Origin: Gemmatimonadota bacterium | Lineage (GTDB): Bacteria; Gemmatimonadota; Gemmatimonadetes; Palauibacterales; Palauibacteraceae | Assembly (NCBI GenBank): GCA_020351855.1 | Contig: CP070670.1 | Span: forward strand, 1,170,294 to 1,234,293 | Direction of reading: 5' to 3' | DNA: 64,000 bases | In this document: in pieces, positions 37,188-44,963 of the stretch | Layout of the letters: every line of letters starts with the position of its first letter | How positions within the stretch are numbered: the stretch's first letter is position 1 | Notes under the pieces: model-generated | Told to the model about the DNA's origin: nothing | Seen by the model: only the letters and a program-made list of their open reading frames with translations | The model's database searches: none | Program-made: the position numbers and the translations under genes

Positions 37188-37661
37188 CTACTCCCGTCTC
37201 CGCCGGCGGGATGGCGGCTCGTCGCCGGCGGCGCTGTCGGCTTCTGCCTCGGGCGGACGGATCGAGTCGACGCGGGCTCCGATGGTCTCCCAGAGCCCCT
37301 GCATCCGCGCTGCATCCCGTCCGGCGACGCGGGCGTACTCGAACAGGTCCTCGGCCGTCACGCCCCTCTCCTCCGCAAGCACCCGCTCCACGGAGTCGAG
37401 CGCCTGCTGCCGCGACCAGTACGGAAGGTCGAGTTCCTGAAGGGAGTCCTTGGTCAGGACGAGCTCCGTCATGATATCGACGTAGAGCTCGTCGCCCACC
37501 ACGAGGTCGTCCCGGGAGGGGGGTGAGCAACCGAAGCCCGCAGCCGGCAGCATCGAGAGCAGGAGTGCGAGCGCGGTCGCCGGTGCGGGCCGCCTAGGCG
37601 AGTCGCTCGAGGACGGCCCGCAGGACGTCATAAAACCTCTCCACCGAATCGACCTTGACAC
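37188..37661 (-). CDS. Hypothetical secreted protein or lipoprotein upstream of mlaE
   Basis: Signal-peptide-like N-terminus (...ALALLLSMLPAAGFGCS) followed by a helical, acidic mature domain. Real start is probably internal (M at about 37631). No family recognised. Confidence 0.4.
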   Translation of the reverse strand: MSRSIRWRGFMTSCGPSSSDSPRRPAPATALALLLSMLPAAGFGCSPPSRDDLVVGDELYVDIMTELVLTKDSLQELDLPYWSRQQALDSVERVLAEERGVTAEDLFEYARVAGRDAARMQGLWETIGARVDSIRPPEAEADSAAGDEPPSRRRRRE

Positions 37662-39042
37662 GCTCGTCCGGCGAGTGCGGGAACTCGATCTGGGGCCCGA
37701 AAGAGATCATGTCCATGCCCTCGAACTTCTCGCCGATGATGCCGCACTCTAGTCCCGCATGGACGGCTCCGACCTCCGGCTCCGAGATGCGCTCCGCGTA
37801 TACTTCCCGAACCAGAGCGAGAAGCTTCGAATCCACGTCTGGCTGCCAGCCGGGGTACGCTTCCCCCTCGTCGACGGATGCGCCGGCCAGAGAGCCGGCG
37901 GCCCGCAGCTGCTGCCTCATGGCGCGGAGTGCGGACGCTACGGAGCTACGGCTGCTGAGCAGGACGTCGATCTCGCCATCGCGCCTGGAGATGACCGCCA
38001 GATTCGTGCTGGTCTGGACGAGTCCCTCGATGTCGGGGCTCATCTCCACGACGCCATGGGGCAGGGCCATGAGGAGCGAGAGAACCCGGCTCGTCGTCTC
38101 CTCGTCACATGCCACGTCCGGAAGGTCGGCATCTGCGAGGATGAACTCCAGGCCGGGGTCCACGGTTGCCACCTCACGGCGGACCGTCTCGAGCCCGTTC
38201 TCCAGTGAGGCTCGCACCCGTTCGCCTGCCTCTGGGCCTCCCGGCACGACGATGGTCGCGCTCGCCTCGCGCGGGATGGCGTTGTGCGCGTTCCCACCGG
38301 CGATGGCGGCGAGCTGCAGCGGCTCATCCAGCCACGCCGCGTAGAGCGCGCGGGCCAGGACCTTGATCGCGTTGGCCCGCTGGAGATGAATGTCGACCCC
38401 GGAGTGCCCCCCCTTGAGCCCGTGGACCCTGATCTGGAGGGCGCTTCCCTGGGACGGCTCCTCCCCTGCCGGCAGCCGGAGATGCGTGTCTCCCCCGCCG
38501 GCGCAGCCGATGGTGAGGACGCCCTCCTCCTCCGAGTCGAGGTTGAGCAGCAGCCGACCCTCCAGCATGTCGTCCCCGAGGCCGGCCGCGCCCGTCAGCC
38601 CGGTCTCCTCGTCCACCGTGAAGAGGAACTCGAGCGGGCCGTGGCCCAGCTCGTCATCTTCCATGAGGGCCAGCATGGCTGCGACCCCGATCCCGTTGTC
38701 GGACCCGAGCGTCGTACCGGCGGCCTTGAGGTATGCTCCAACCTCCACGGGTGTGATCGGGTCACGCTCGAAATCGTGCTCGACGTCCGAGTTCTTCTCC
38801 TGCACCATGTCGAGGTGGGACTGGAGGATGGTCGTCGGCGCCGCCTCGTGCCCCGGTGCGGCCGGCTTTCGAACGACCAGGTTGCCGCTCGCATCCACCT
38901 TCGAGTCCAGCCCTCGGCGCTCTGCGACGCCGAGCACGTACTCGCGGATGCGACCCTCCTGCTTGGATGCCCGGGGGATCTTCAGGATCTCGTCGAAGTG
39001 CGACCACAACGAAGGCGGATTCCATTCCGATATGAACGACAA
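37594..39042 (-). CDS. pepD: Aminoacyl-histidine (Xaa-His) dipeptidase PepD, M20 family
   Basis: Aligns along its full length with E. coli PepD (MSFISEWNPPSLWSHFDEILKIPRAS vs MSELSQLSPQPLWDIFAKICSIPHPS; HLDMVQEKN; GTTLGSDNGIGVA; LKGGHSG; GLECGI). TTG start at 39042 follows AAGGAGG with a 5-nt spacer. Confidence 0.9.
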   Translation of the reverse strand: MSFISEWNPPSLWSHFDEILKIPRASKQEGRIREYVLGVAERRGLDSKVDASGNLVVRKPAAPGHEAAPTTILQSHLDMVQEKNSDVEHDFERDPITPVEVGAYLKAAGTTLGSDNGIGVAAMLALMEDDELGHGPLEFLFTVDEETGLTGAAGLGDDMLEGRLLLNLDSEEEGVLTIGCAGGGDTHLRLPAGEEPSQGSALQIRVHGLKGGHSGVDIHLQRANAIKVLARALYAAWLDEPLQLAAIAGGNAHNAIPREASATIVVPGGPEAGERVRASLENGLETVRREVATVDPGLEFILADADLPDVACDEETTSRVLSLLMALPHGVVEMSPDIEGLVQTSTNLAVISRRDGEIDVLLSSRSSVASALRAMRQQLRAAGSLAGASVDEGEAYPGWQPDVDSKLLALVREVYAERISEPEVGAVHAGLECGIIGEKFEGMDMISFGPQIEFPHSPDERVKVDSVERFYDVLRAVLERLA

Positions 39043-39236
39043 CGTGACCTCCTTCACGGTTCTTGACCCTGTGCTTCGCCGTCGCCCCGGCTCTCTGGCG
39101 CTACAAACCCCGGGCTGACAGCTTGCCCCACGATATCGTCGCTCGGCGCGAGCGTCCATGATTTCAGACGACCGGCTCGCGCCGTGGCGGCGAGACGATC
39201 AAGACACGCCCTCGATCTGCAACGGGAGACAGGCGG

Positions 39237-41216
39237 ATGAGCGACCGCAGCGACAAGCCCTACGTTCCGGCAGACGTGAGCATGGCCGAGCTCACGTTCA
39301 AGGCGCTGTTCCTAGGCGTCCTGATGGCCGTCGTGCTCGGCGCGGCGAATGCCTACATCGGGATGAAGGCGGGCCTCACCGTGGCCGCGACCTTCCCGGC
39401 CGCCGTCGTCGCCATGGCTGCGCTGCGTCCGCTGCGCGGCACCATCCTGGAGGAGAACATCGCCCGGACGACGGCCTCGGTGGGCGAGGCGCTGGTGGCC
39501 GGGGCCATCTTCACGCTTCCGGCCTTCATCATCGCCGGCGCGTGGGCCAACCTCCGGTACTGGGAGAGCACGATGATCATGCTGGTGGGGGGCGTGCTCG
39601 GCGTGCTCTTCGTCATCATGCTGCGGCGGACGCTGGTCGTCGAGGCGGACCTGCCGTTTCCCGAGTCGGTGGCGGCCTCCGAGATCGTCAAGGCGGGACA
39701 GGGTGGAGAGACGGGCGCGAAGTACGTGTTCGTGGCCATGGGACTGGCCGGTCTGTGGGAGCTCTTCAAGAACTCCAACGGCATCCAGCTGATGCACGAG
39801 CGTACCCAGGCGGTGTTCCAGTTCGGGCGCTCGCAGATGGAGGTCCTGGGCGAGCGGATCGAGTATACCGGGGGGCTTCTCGTAGCTACGCCTTCGGCCT
39901 CGCCGGCGCTCATGGGCGTCGGCTACATCGTCGGCCCCCGAGTGGCGGCCGTCCTGTTCAGCGGCGCGGTGATGGGCTGGCTGCTGCTCGTCCCGCTCGC
40001 GGTCTTTCTCAATCCGGCCTTTGCCACGGGCGCTGCGGGCCAGGCCCCCTTCGCGGATCTGGCCAACGAGGTTTGGGCGAAGCAGATCCGTCCCCTGGCC
40101 GTCGGAACGATGATCGTGGCCGCCTTCTACACCCTCTACTCCCTGAAGGATGCGCTCGTATCGGGGATCCGGAAGGCGCTGAGGGACATCAACGTCACGG
40201 GGGATGCACGGGTAGCCGAGCGTACGGAGATCGACCTCGACCTGCGCACGGTCTTCGTGGCCGTCGGCGTGATGGCCATCGTCTGCGCGTTCCTCTATTA
40301 CTTCTTCACACAGTCCCTCGGCGGCTCGCTGGTGCTTACGGCCGTCATGGTGGTGCTGGGCTTTCTGTTCGCTGCCGTCGCGGGCTATCTGGTCGGCCTG
40401 ATCGGCAGCTCGAACAACCCGATCTCCGGCCTGACGCTCAGCTCCCTCCTCATCGCGGCCGTGCTGATGGTGCTCATCGGAGTGACGGACGTCCAGGGCG
40501 TAGCCGGCGTCCTCGGAGTGGCCGGGGTGGTGTGCTGCGCCGCGGGTGTGGCCGGTGACATGATGCAGGATCTGAAGGTCGGTCACATCCTCGGTGGAAC
40601 ACCCTGGCGGATGCAGATCGGAGAGATCGTCGGGGTCATCGTGGCGGCGCTCGTGCTCGCCTTTGCGCTCATGGCCCTGCACAACGCGTACACCATCGGC
40701 TCGGCCGAGCTGCCGGCCCCGCAGGCCGGACTGATGGCGCTGATGGCCAATGGGATCGTCGGCGGGCAGATGGCCTGGCCGCTGGTCATCGTCGGCATGC
40801 TGTTCGCGGTGGGCCTCATCCTGATCAAGGCCCCGTCGCCGATGCTGATCGCCGTCGGGATGTATCTGCCGTTCTATTCCACGGCCGCCATCTTCGTAGG
40901 CGGAGTCATCCGCTGGGCGTTCGAGAGGATCGCCGATCGAAGAAAGCTGGGAGGCGATGAGAGGTCACGTGCCGTGAACACGGGCGTGCTGCTCTCGTCC
41001 GGTTTCATCGCGGGCGAATCCCTCATGGCCGTCGTGCTCGCCTTCCTCTTGTTGGGCGGAGACTTCATTCCGTTTCTCATCAGGCTGAAGGAGGGCCTCA
41101 CCCCGGGCTGGGAGCCCAGCTTCTGGGTGAGCCTGCTCGCGTTTCCCGCCGTCTTCTACCTGCTCGTGTGGCTGCCGCTCAGGCGGCTTCGGGTCGGCGG
41201 GATGGACGTCGGATAG
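39237..41216 (+). CDS. OPT-family oligopeptide transporter
   Basis: 659 aa with roughly 16 predicted TM helices. The N-terminus YVPADVSMAELTFKALFLGVLMAVVLGAANAYIGMKAGLTVAATFPAAVVAM is characteristic of bacterial OPT transporters. Confidence 0.85.
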   Translation: MSDRSDKPYVPADVSMAELTFKALFLGVLMAVVLGAANAYIGMKAGLTVAATFPAAVVAMAALRPLRGTILEENIARTTASVGEALVAGAIFTLPAFIIAGAWANLRYWESTMIMLVGGVLGVLFVIMLRRTLVVEADLPFPESVAASEIVKAGQGGETGAKYVFVAMGLAGLWELFKNSNGIQLMHERTQAVFQFGRSQMEVLGERIEYTGGLLVATPSASPALMGVGYIVGPRVAAVLFSGAVMGWLLLVPLAVFLNPAFATGAAGQAPFADLANEVWAKQIRPLAVGTMIVAAFYTLYSLKDALVSGIRKALRDINVTGDARVAERTEIDLDLRTVFVAVGVMAIVCAFLYYFFTQSLGGSLVLTAVMVVLGFLFAAVAGYLVGLIGSSNNPISGLTLSSLLIAAVLMVLIGVTDVQGVAGVLGVAGVVCCAAGVAGDMMQDLKVGHILGGTPWRMQIGEIVGVIVAALVLAFALMALHNAYTIGSAELPAPQAGLMALMANGIVGGQMAWPLVIVGMLFAVGLILIKAPSPMLIAVGMYLPFYSTAAIFVGGVIRWAFERIADRRKLGGDERSRAVNTGVLLSSGFIAGESLMAVVLAFLLLGGDFIPFLIRLKEGLTPGWEPSFWVSLLAFPAVFYLLVWLPLRRLRVGGMDVG

Positions 41217-41219
41217 GCG

Positions 41220-41615
41220 TTGGAAAGGCCGCGCCCCGCGGCTCGACCTCGCACGCCCCATCGGCACCGTCGGGCACGGCTGAAGGAGGCGAACCTCCTC
41301 GATCTCACGCCCGTGCGCGAGGCCGGTTGGACGGCGGCGGGCGGCCGCGTGACCCTGGAGCGGCCGAGGCCCAGCCGGCGCGGCATGCGCGGGGCTGTCG
41401 AGTGGCTGGCCTACCGGATGGCGGTTCGCCGCATCCGGCTCGACGAGGTAGGCAGCTGCTCCTGGGAATGCTTCGACGGCCAAACGACCGTGGGCGAGGC
41501 CTGCGCCGTTCTGCGGGACCGGTTCGGGGACGGCGTGGAGCCCGTCGAGGAGCGGCTCGGACGGTTCGTGCGGCACCTTCACCAGGACGGCTTTCTGTCG
41601 TACCGTGAAGAATAG
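41220..41615 (+). CDS. PqqD-family (RiPP recognition element-like) small protein
   Basis: The C-terminal ~75 aa (IRLDEVGSCSWECFDGQTTVGEACAVLRDRFGDGVEPVEERLGRFVRHLHQDGFLSYRE) has the PqqD three-helix pattern, comparable to K. pneumoniae PqqD (ILELVDGRRDVAAIIAMLNERF...VVEFLQIACQQKWI). Starts 4 nt after the OPT stop with TTG; the Arg-rich N-terminal 35 aa may not be translated. The 3' end overlaps the M14 start by 11 nt. Confidence 0.55.
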   Translation: MERPRPAARPRTPHRHRRARLKEANLLDLTPVREAGWTAAGGRVTLERPRPSRRGMRGAVEWLAYRMAVRRIRLDEVGSCSWECFDGQTTVGEACAVLRDRFGDGVEPVEERLGRFVRHLHQDGFLSYREE

Positions 41616-44139
41616 GACGCTGCGGGCAACCGCCCTCCTGATGGCCCTCGCGCCGCAACCCGCGCGGTCGCAGGAAGCTCCCTCTCCGGCGGCCGTGCTC
41701 GGGTACGCAGCGGGAGAGCGCTTCACGGACTCGGAGGGGGTGGTTCGCTACGCGAGCCGTCTGGCGGAGACTTCCCGGCGCATCGGCCTCGTGCGATACG
41801 GCGAGACCCCGGAGGGCCGCCCCCTTGTTCTGCTCGTCGCGGCCCGCGAGGATCGGGTGGGCCGGCTGGATGAGATCCGGGAGGCCATCGAGCGACTGCG
41901 GGATCCGGCGCTCCCGGCGGCACGGGCGACCGAACTGGCCCGCGCCATGCCGGCCGCCGTCTGGCTCGCCTACGGGGTGCACGGCGACGAGTCCTCATCC
42001 ACGGAAGCCGCCCTGTGGACGGCATACGATCTGGCGATCGGATCCCCCGGCACCGAGGCCGTTCTCGATTCGCTCGTCGTGATCATCGACCCGATGCTGA
42101 ACCCGGACGGACGGGATCGGTACGTCGACTGGTACAAGAGCGCACGTGCCGATCCTCCCAATCCGAGTCCGGAAGCCTACGAGCACGATCCCCCGTGGCC
42201 GGGCGGCCGATTCAACCATTACCTGTTCGACCTGAACCGCGACTGGTCCTGGGCCGTGCAGCCAGAGACCCGCGCCCGTCTGGAGGAGTACGGGCGCTGG
42301 AATCCGCAGGTGCTGGTGGACTTTCACGAGATGTCCCATACGAGCACGTACTTCTTTTTCCCCGCGGCCGAGCCCGTAAACCCGATCTATCCCCGCTCCG
42401 TGGCGGAGTGGGGAGAGTACTTCGGGAGAGCGAACGCTCGCGAGTTCGACCGCCGGCGCTGGCTCTACTACACGGAGGAGACCTTCGACCTCTTCTATCC
42501 CGGTTACGGCGACAGCTGGTCGAGTCTCAACGGCGCCATCGGGATGACGTACGAGCAGGCGGGCAGCCGAAGGGCCGGGCTGGCCGTCCGCCGCCCCGAC
42601 GGCTCGACCCTCACGCTGGCCGAACGCCTCGAGCACCATCGGGTCGCGGGCCTGGCCACCCTGCGGGCCGCGGCGGCGAGAAAGACACCGCTGCTCGAGG
42701 ACTTCGCGGCCTTCCACAGGGAGGTCGGTGAAGGCCCGGAGATTCTCCTGGTGCCGGCCTCCGACCCCCGGGCGGCGGAGGCACTGGTCGCTCTTCTCCT
42801 TCGCCAGGGTGTCGTGGTGGAACGGAGCACCCGTCCCTTCCGGGCTGCCGCGGAACCATACCAGGCGATCGCGGCGCGGGACGAGTTTCCCGCAGGAACG
42901 TATCGGGTGCCGCGCGCTCAGTCCCGGAGCCGCCTCGCCAGGACGCTACTGCAGGCCGAGACGCCGCTCGGCGGCGGCGACGTCCAGTACAGCTACGACG
43001 TGACCGCCTGGTCGCTGCCCTACGCGTTCGGCGTGGAAGCGCACACGGCGATGGGCCTGCAGCCGGCGGATTTCGAGCCCGTCAGCCTCGAGGGGTCGGC
43101 AGCGGTCCCGCTGGAGGGACCACCGCGGCCCGTGTACGGCTATCTCGTGCCGCCCGGATTCGGGTCGGCGGGGCCGCTCTACCGCTACGCGGCCTCGGGC
43201 GGCCGCGCGCACGCCCTGGCGGAGCCGTTCGAGATCGAAGGCCGCGGTTGGCCTCCCGGCACGGTCTTCCTCGCGGACGACGACTCCCTCGAGACGCGCC
43301 TGCGCGCGGCAGGCCTCGCCCCCCTGGCCGTCCCGGTCCAAAGCGGCCGCTCCACGGTTGGCCGCGATCTGGGCAGTGACCGCTCGCTCCCCCTTGAGGC
43401 TTCGCGGATCGCGGTACTGATGGGCGAGGGCGTTTCGCCGACCTCGTATGGTCAGATCTGGTATCTGCTGGAGCGAGGCCTGGGCATCCCGTTCGATCCG
43501 TTGAGAGCCGGAGAGATCGACGCTCGCACCCTGGACCGCTACGAAGTGCTCGTGGCGCCGCCGGGCCGCGAAGCGCTCTACGACGGCTTGGCGGATGTGC
43601 TGGCGGACTGGGTGGAGCGTGGCGGGACCCTGGTGGCTCTCGGCGAGTCGGCTCGCTGGGCGGCAGGGGCTATCGGCAGCGTCGCCGTGCGGGAAGCCGA
43701 CTCCAGCCAGGTCTCGGAGGCAGAGCGGCTCCGCCGGGCGCTCCGTACGCGACGCGAGCGGCGCAGCGAGCGTTGGGAGGATGCCGTCTCGGGGGTGATC
43801 CTTCCCGCGGCGGTCGATTCCGAGCACCCCCTCGGCTGGGGCGCGGGGGCCGGCAACCGCGAGGGAGCGCTCTTCGTACTCCACCGCGAGGACCTCTCCT
43901 TCGAGCCCGACGAGCGTTCCGAAGCCGTGATCCACTTCCCGCTCGACGTAAGCGAGGTCAGCGGGGTGATCAGCCCGCACAAGCTGGATCAGGCGGCCGG
44001 CTCTTCTTGGCTGGCGACGCAGGAGGTCGGGGCAGGCCGCATCATCCTGTTTGCGGACGATCCGCTGTTTCGGCTTTTCTGGTACTCGGGCTTCACGCCC
44101 TTCGCCAACGCGCTGCTATACGGGAAGGGCATTCGCTGA
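41605..44139 (+). CDS. Secreted M14-family zinc carboxypeptidase with a large C-terminal extension
   Basis: Signal peptide (TLRATALLMALAPQPARSQEAP). M14 motifs YGVHGDESSS (HxxE zinc ligands), NPDGR, DLNRDW and a second His in VDFHEMS. 844 aa in total. Confidence 0.85.
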   Translation: MKNRTLRATALLMALAPQPARSQEAPSPAAVLGYAAGERFTDSEGVVRYASRLAETSRRIGLVRYGETPEGRPLVLLVAAREDRVGRLDEIREAIERLRDPALPAARATELARAMPAAVWLAYGVHGDESSSTEAALWTAYDLAIGSPGTEAVLDSLVVIIDPMLNPDGRDRYVDWYKSARADPPNPSPEAYEHDPPWPGGRFNHYLFDLNRDWSWAVQPETRARLEEYGRWNPQVLVDFHEMSHTSTYFFFPAAEPVNPIYPRSVAEWGEYFGRANAREFDRRRWLYYTEETFDLFYPGYGDSWSSLNGAIGMTYEQAGSRRAGLAVRRPDGSTLTLAERLEHHRVAGLATLRAAAARKTPLLEDFAAFHREVGEGPEILLVPASDPRAAEALVALLLRQGVVVERSTRPFRAAAEPYQAIAARDEFPAGTYRVPRAQSRSRLARTLLQAETPLGGGDVQYSYDVTAWSLPYAFGVEAHTAMGLQPADFEPVSLEGSAAVPLEGPPRPVYGYLVPPGFGSAGPLYRYAASGGRAHALAEPFEIEGRGWPPGTVFLADDDSLETRLRAAGLAPLAVPVQSGRSTVGRDLGSDRSLPLEASRIAVLMGEGVSPTSYGQIWYLLERGLGIPFDPLRAGEIDARTLDRYEVLVAPPGREALYDGLADVLADWVERGGTLVALGESARWAAGAIGSVAVREADSSQVSEAERLRRALRTRRERRSERWEDAVSGVILPAAVDSEHPLGWGAGAGNREGALFVLHREDLSFEPDERSEAVIHFPLDVSEVSGVISPHKLDQAAGSSWLATQEVGAGRIILFADDPLFRLFWYSGFTPFANALLYGKGIR

Positions 44140-44295
44140 CGCGTCGGCTGCCGCCATGGCAGCGATCCCGCCCCGTTGGAGCCCGGTTGCGCCGGGTTGG
44201 CGGTCCGGCCGTCCCGATCGGCAGCCCGGGAGCCCTTCCGGGGGGCATGGCCCTTGCCCCTTCCTACCGCAGAACTCGAAGGAGGGCACCGTACG

Positions 44296-44868
44296 ATGCT
44301 GAACGAGAAGAACGAACCACGAGAGGAACGGTCCGGGGCGGAGGAGGACGAGCCGCGCAGCGGTTCGGCCGAGAGCGGATCCGGGGAGCCGAGCCGAGAA
44401 GCGGGAGAGACCACCGGTGAGGCGGGCCGGGGTTCCGGCGAGCGCTCGACACGAGACGTCTGGGGGCGCGGGCTCTCCGAGTTCCAGGATGTCGTCGGCG
44501 AGATCCTGGGCAGCTTTCGCAATCTCCCACCACTCGGCGGGCGCGATCCGCGACACGATCTGATTCAGGTTCCAGGCGAAGGGTATTGGGTGCTCATGGA
44601 CCTGCCGGGAGTGGAGAAGGCAGAGCTGGAGATCTCCATCGTGGGCGATGACGTGTGCATCGCCGGAGAGAGACAGCGTCCGAGGCTCCCCGAGGGCAGC
44701 GAGGTGCTGGGTTCCGGACGGGCATACGGTCGATTCCGACGGGACATCCGCATGCCGAGCGACGTCGACCAGGGCGGCGTCCGCGCCAAGCTGGAGAGCG
44801 GGGTCCTGAAGCTCGTGCTGCCGCGGAGGACGGAGACCGAGCGCGTTCGGGTGGAGGTCGAGTCCTGA
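44296..44868 (+). CDS. Small heat shock protein, Hsp20/alpha-crystallin family, with a long acidic disordered N-terminus
   Basis: Alpha-crystallin domain (DLIQVPGEGYWVLMDLPGVEKAELEISIVGDDVCIAGERQ...GRFRRDIRMPSDVDQGGVRAKLESGVLKLVLP). Strong RBS GAAGGAGGG upstream of the ATG. Confidence 0.9.
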   Translation: MLNEKNEPREERSGAEEDEPRSGSAESGSGEPSREAGETTGEAGRGSGERSTRDVWGRGLSEFQDVVGEILGSFRNLPPLGGRDPRHDLIQVPGEGYWVLMDLPGVEKAELEISIVGDDVCIAGERQRPRLPEGSEVLGSGRAYGRFRRDIRMPSDVDQGGVRAKLESGVLKLVLPRRTETERVRVEVES

Positions 44869-44899
44869 TCTGCCGCGGGGGCGACCAAGGTCCTTCAAG

Positions 44900-44927
44900 A
44901 GTGCTTGATGTGATGAGCGTAAGCACT
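44900..44927 (+). promoter_or_regulatory. Inverted repeat (AGTGCTT-N14-AAGCACT) in a low-GC spacer between hsp20 and clpB
   Basis: Seven-bp perfect arms at 44900-44906 and 44921-44927 in a locally AT-rich stretch (44895-44960) directly upstream of clpB. It shares the GCACT/AGTGC core of CIRCE but with half-site order inverted. It could be an operator or an hsp20 terminator. Confidence 0.35.
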
Positions 44928-44963
44928 TCCTAGAGTTACGGATACAGGATCGATTATCGAGTG

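Noticed and set aside
44895-44960. CIRCE (HrcA operator) upstream of clpB.
   Set aside because: The inverted repeat AGTGCTT-N14-AAGCACT has the CIRCE half-sites in reversed order, a 14-nt rather than 9-nt spacer, and only 7-bp arms. I report it as an uncharacterised inverted repeat, not CIRCE or HAIR.
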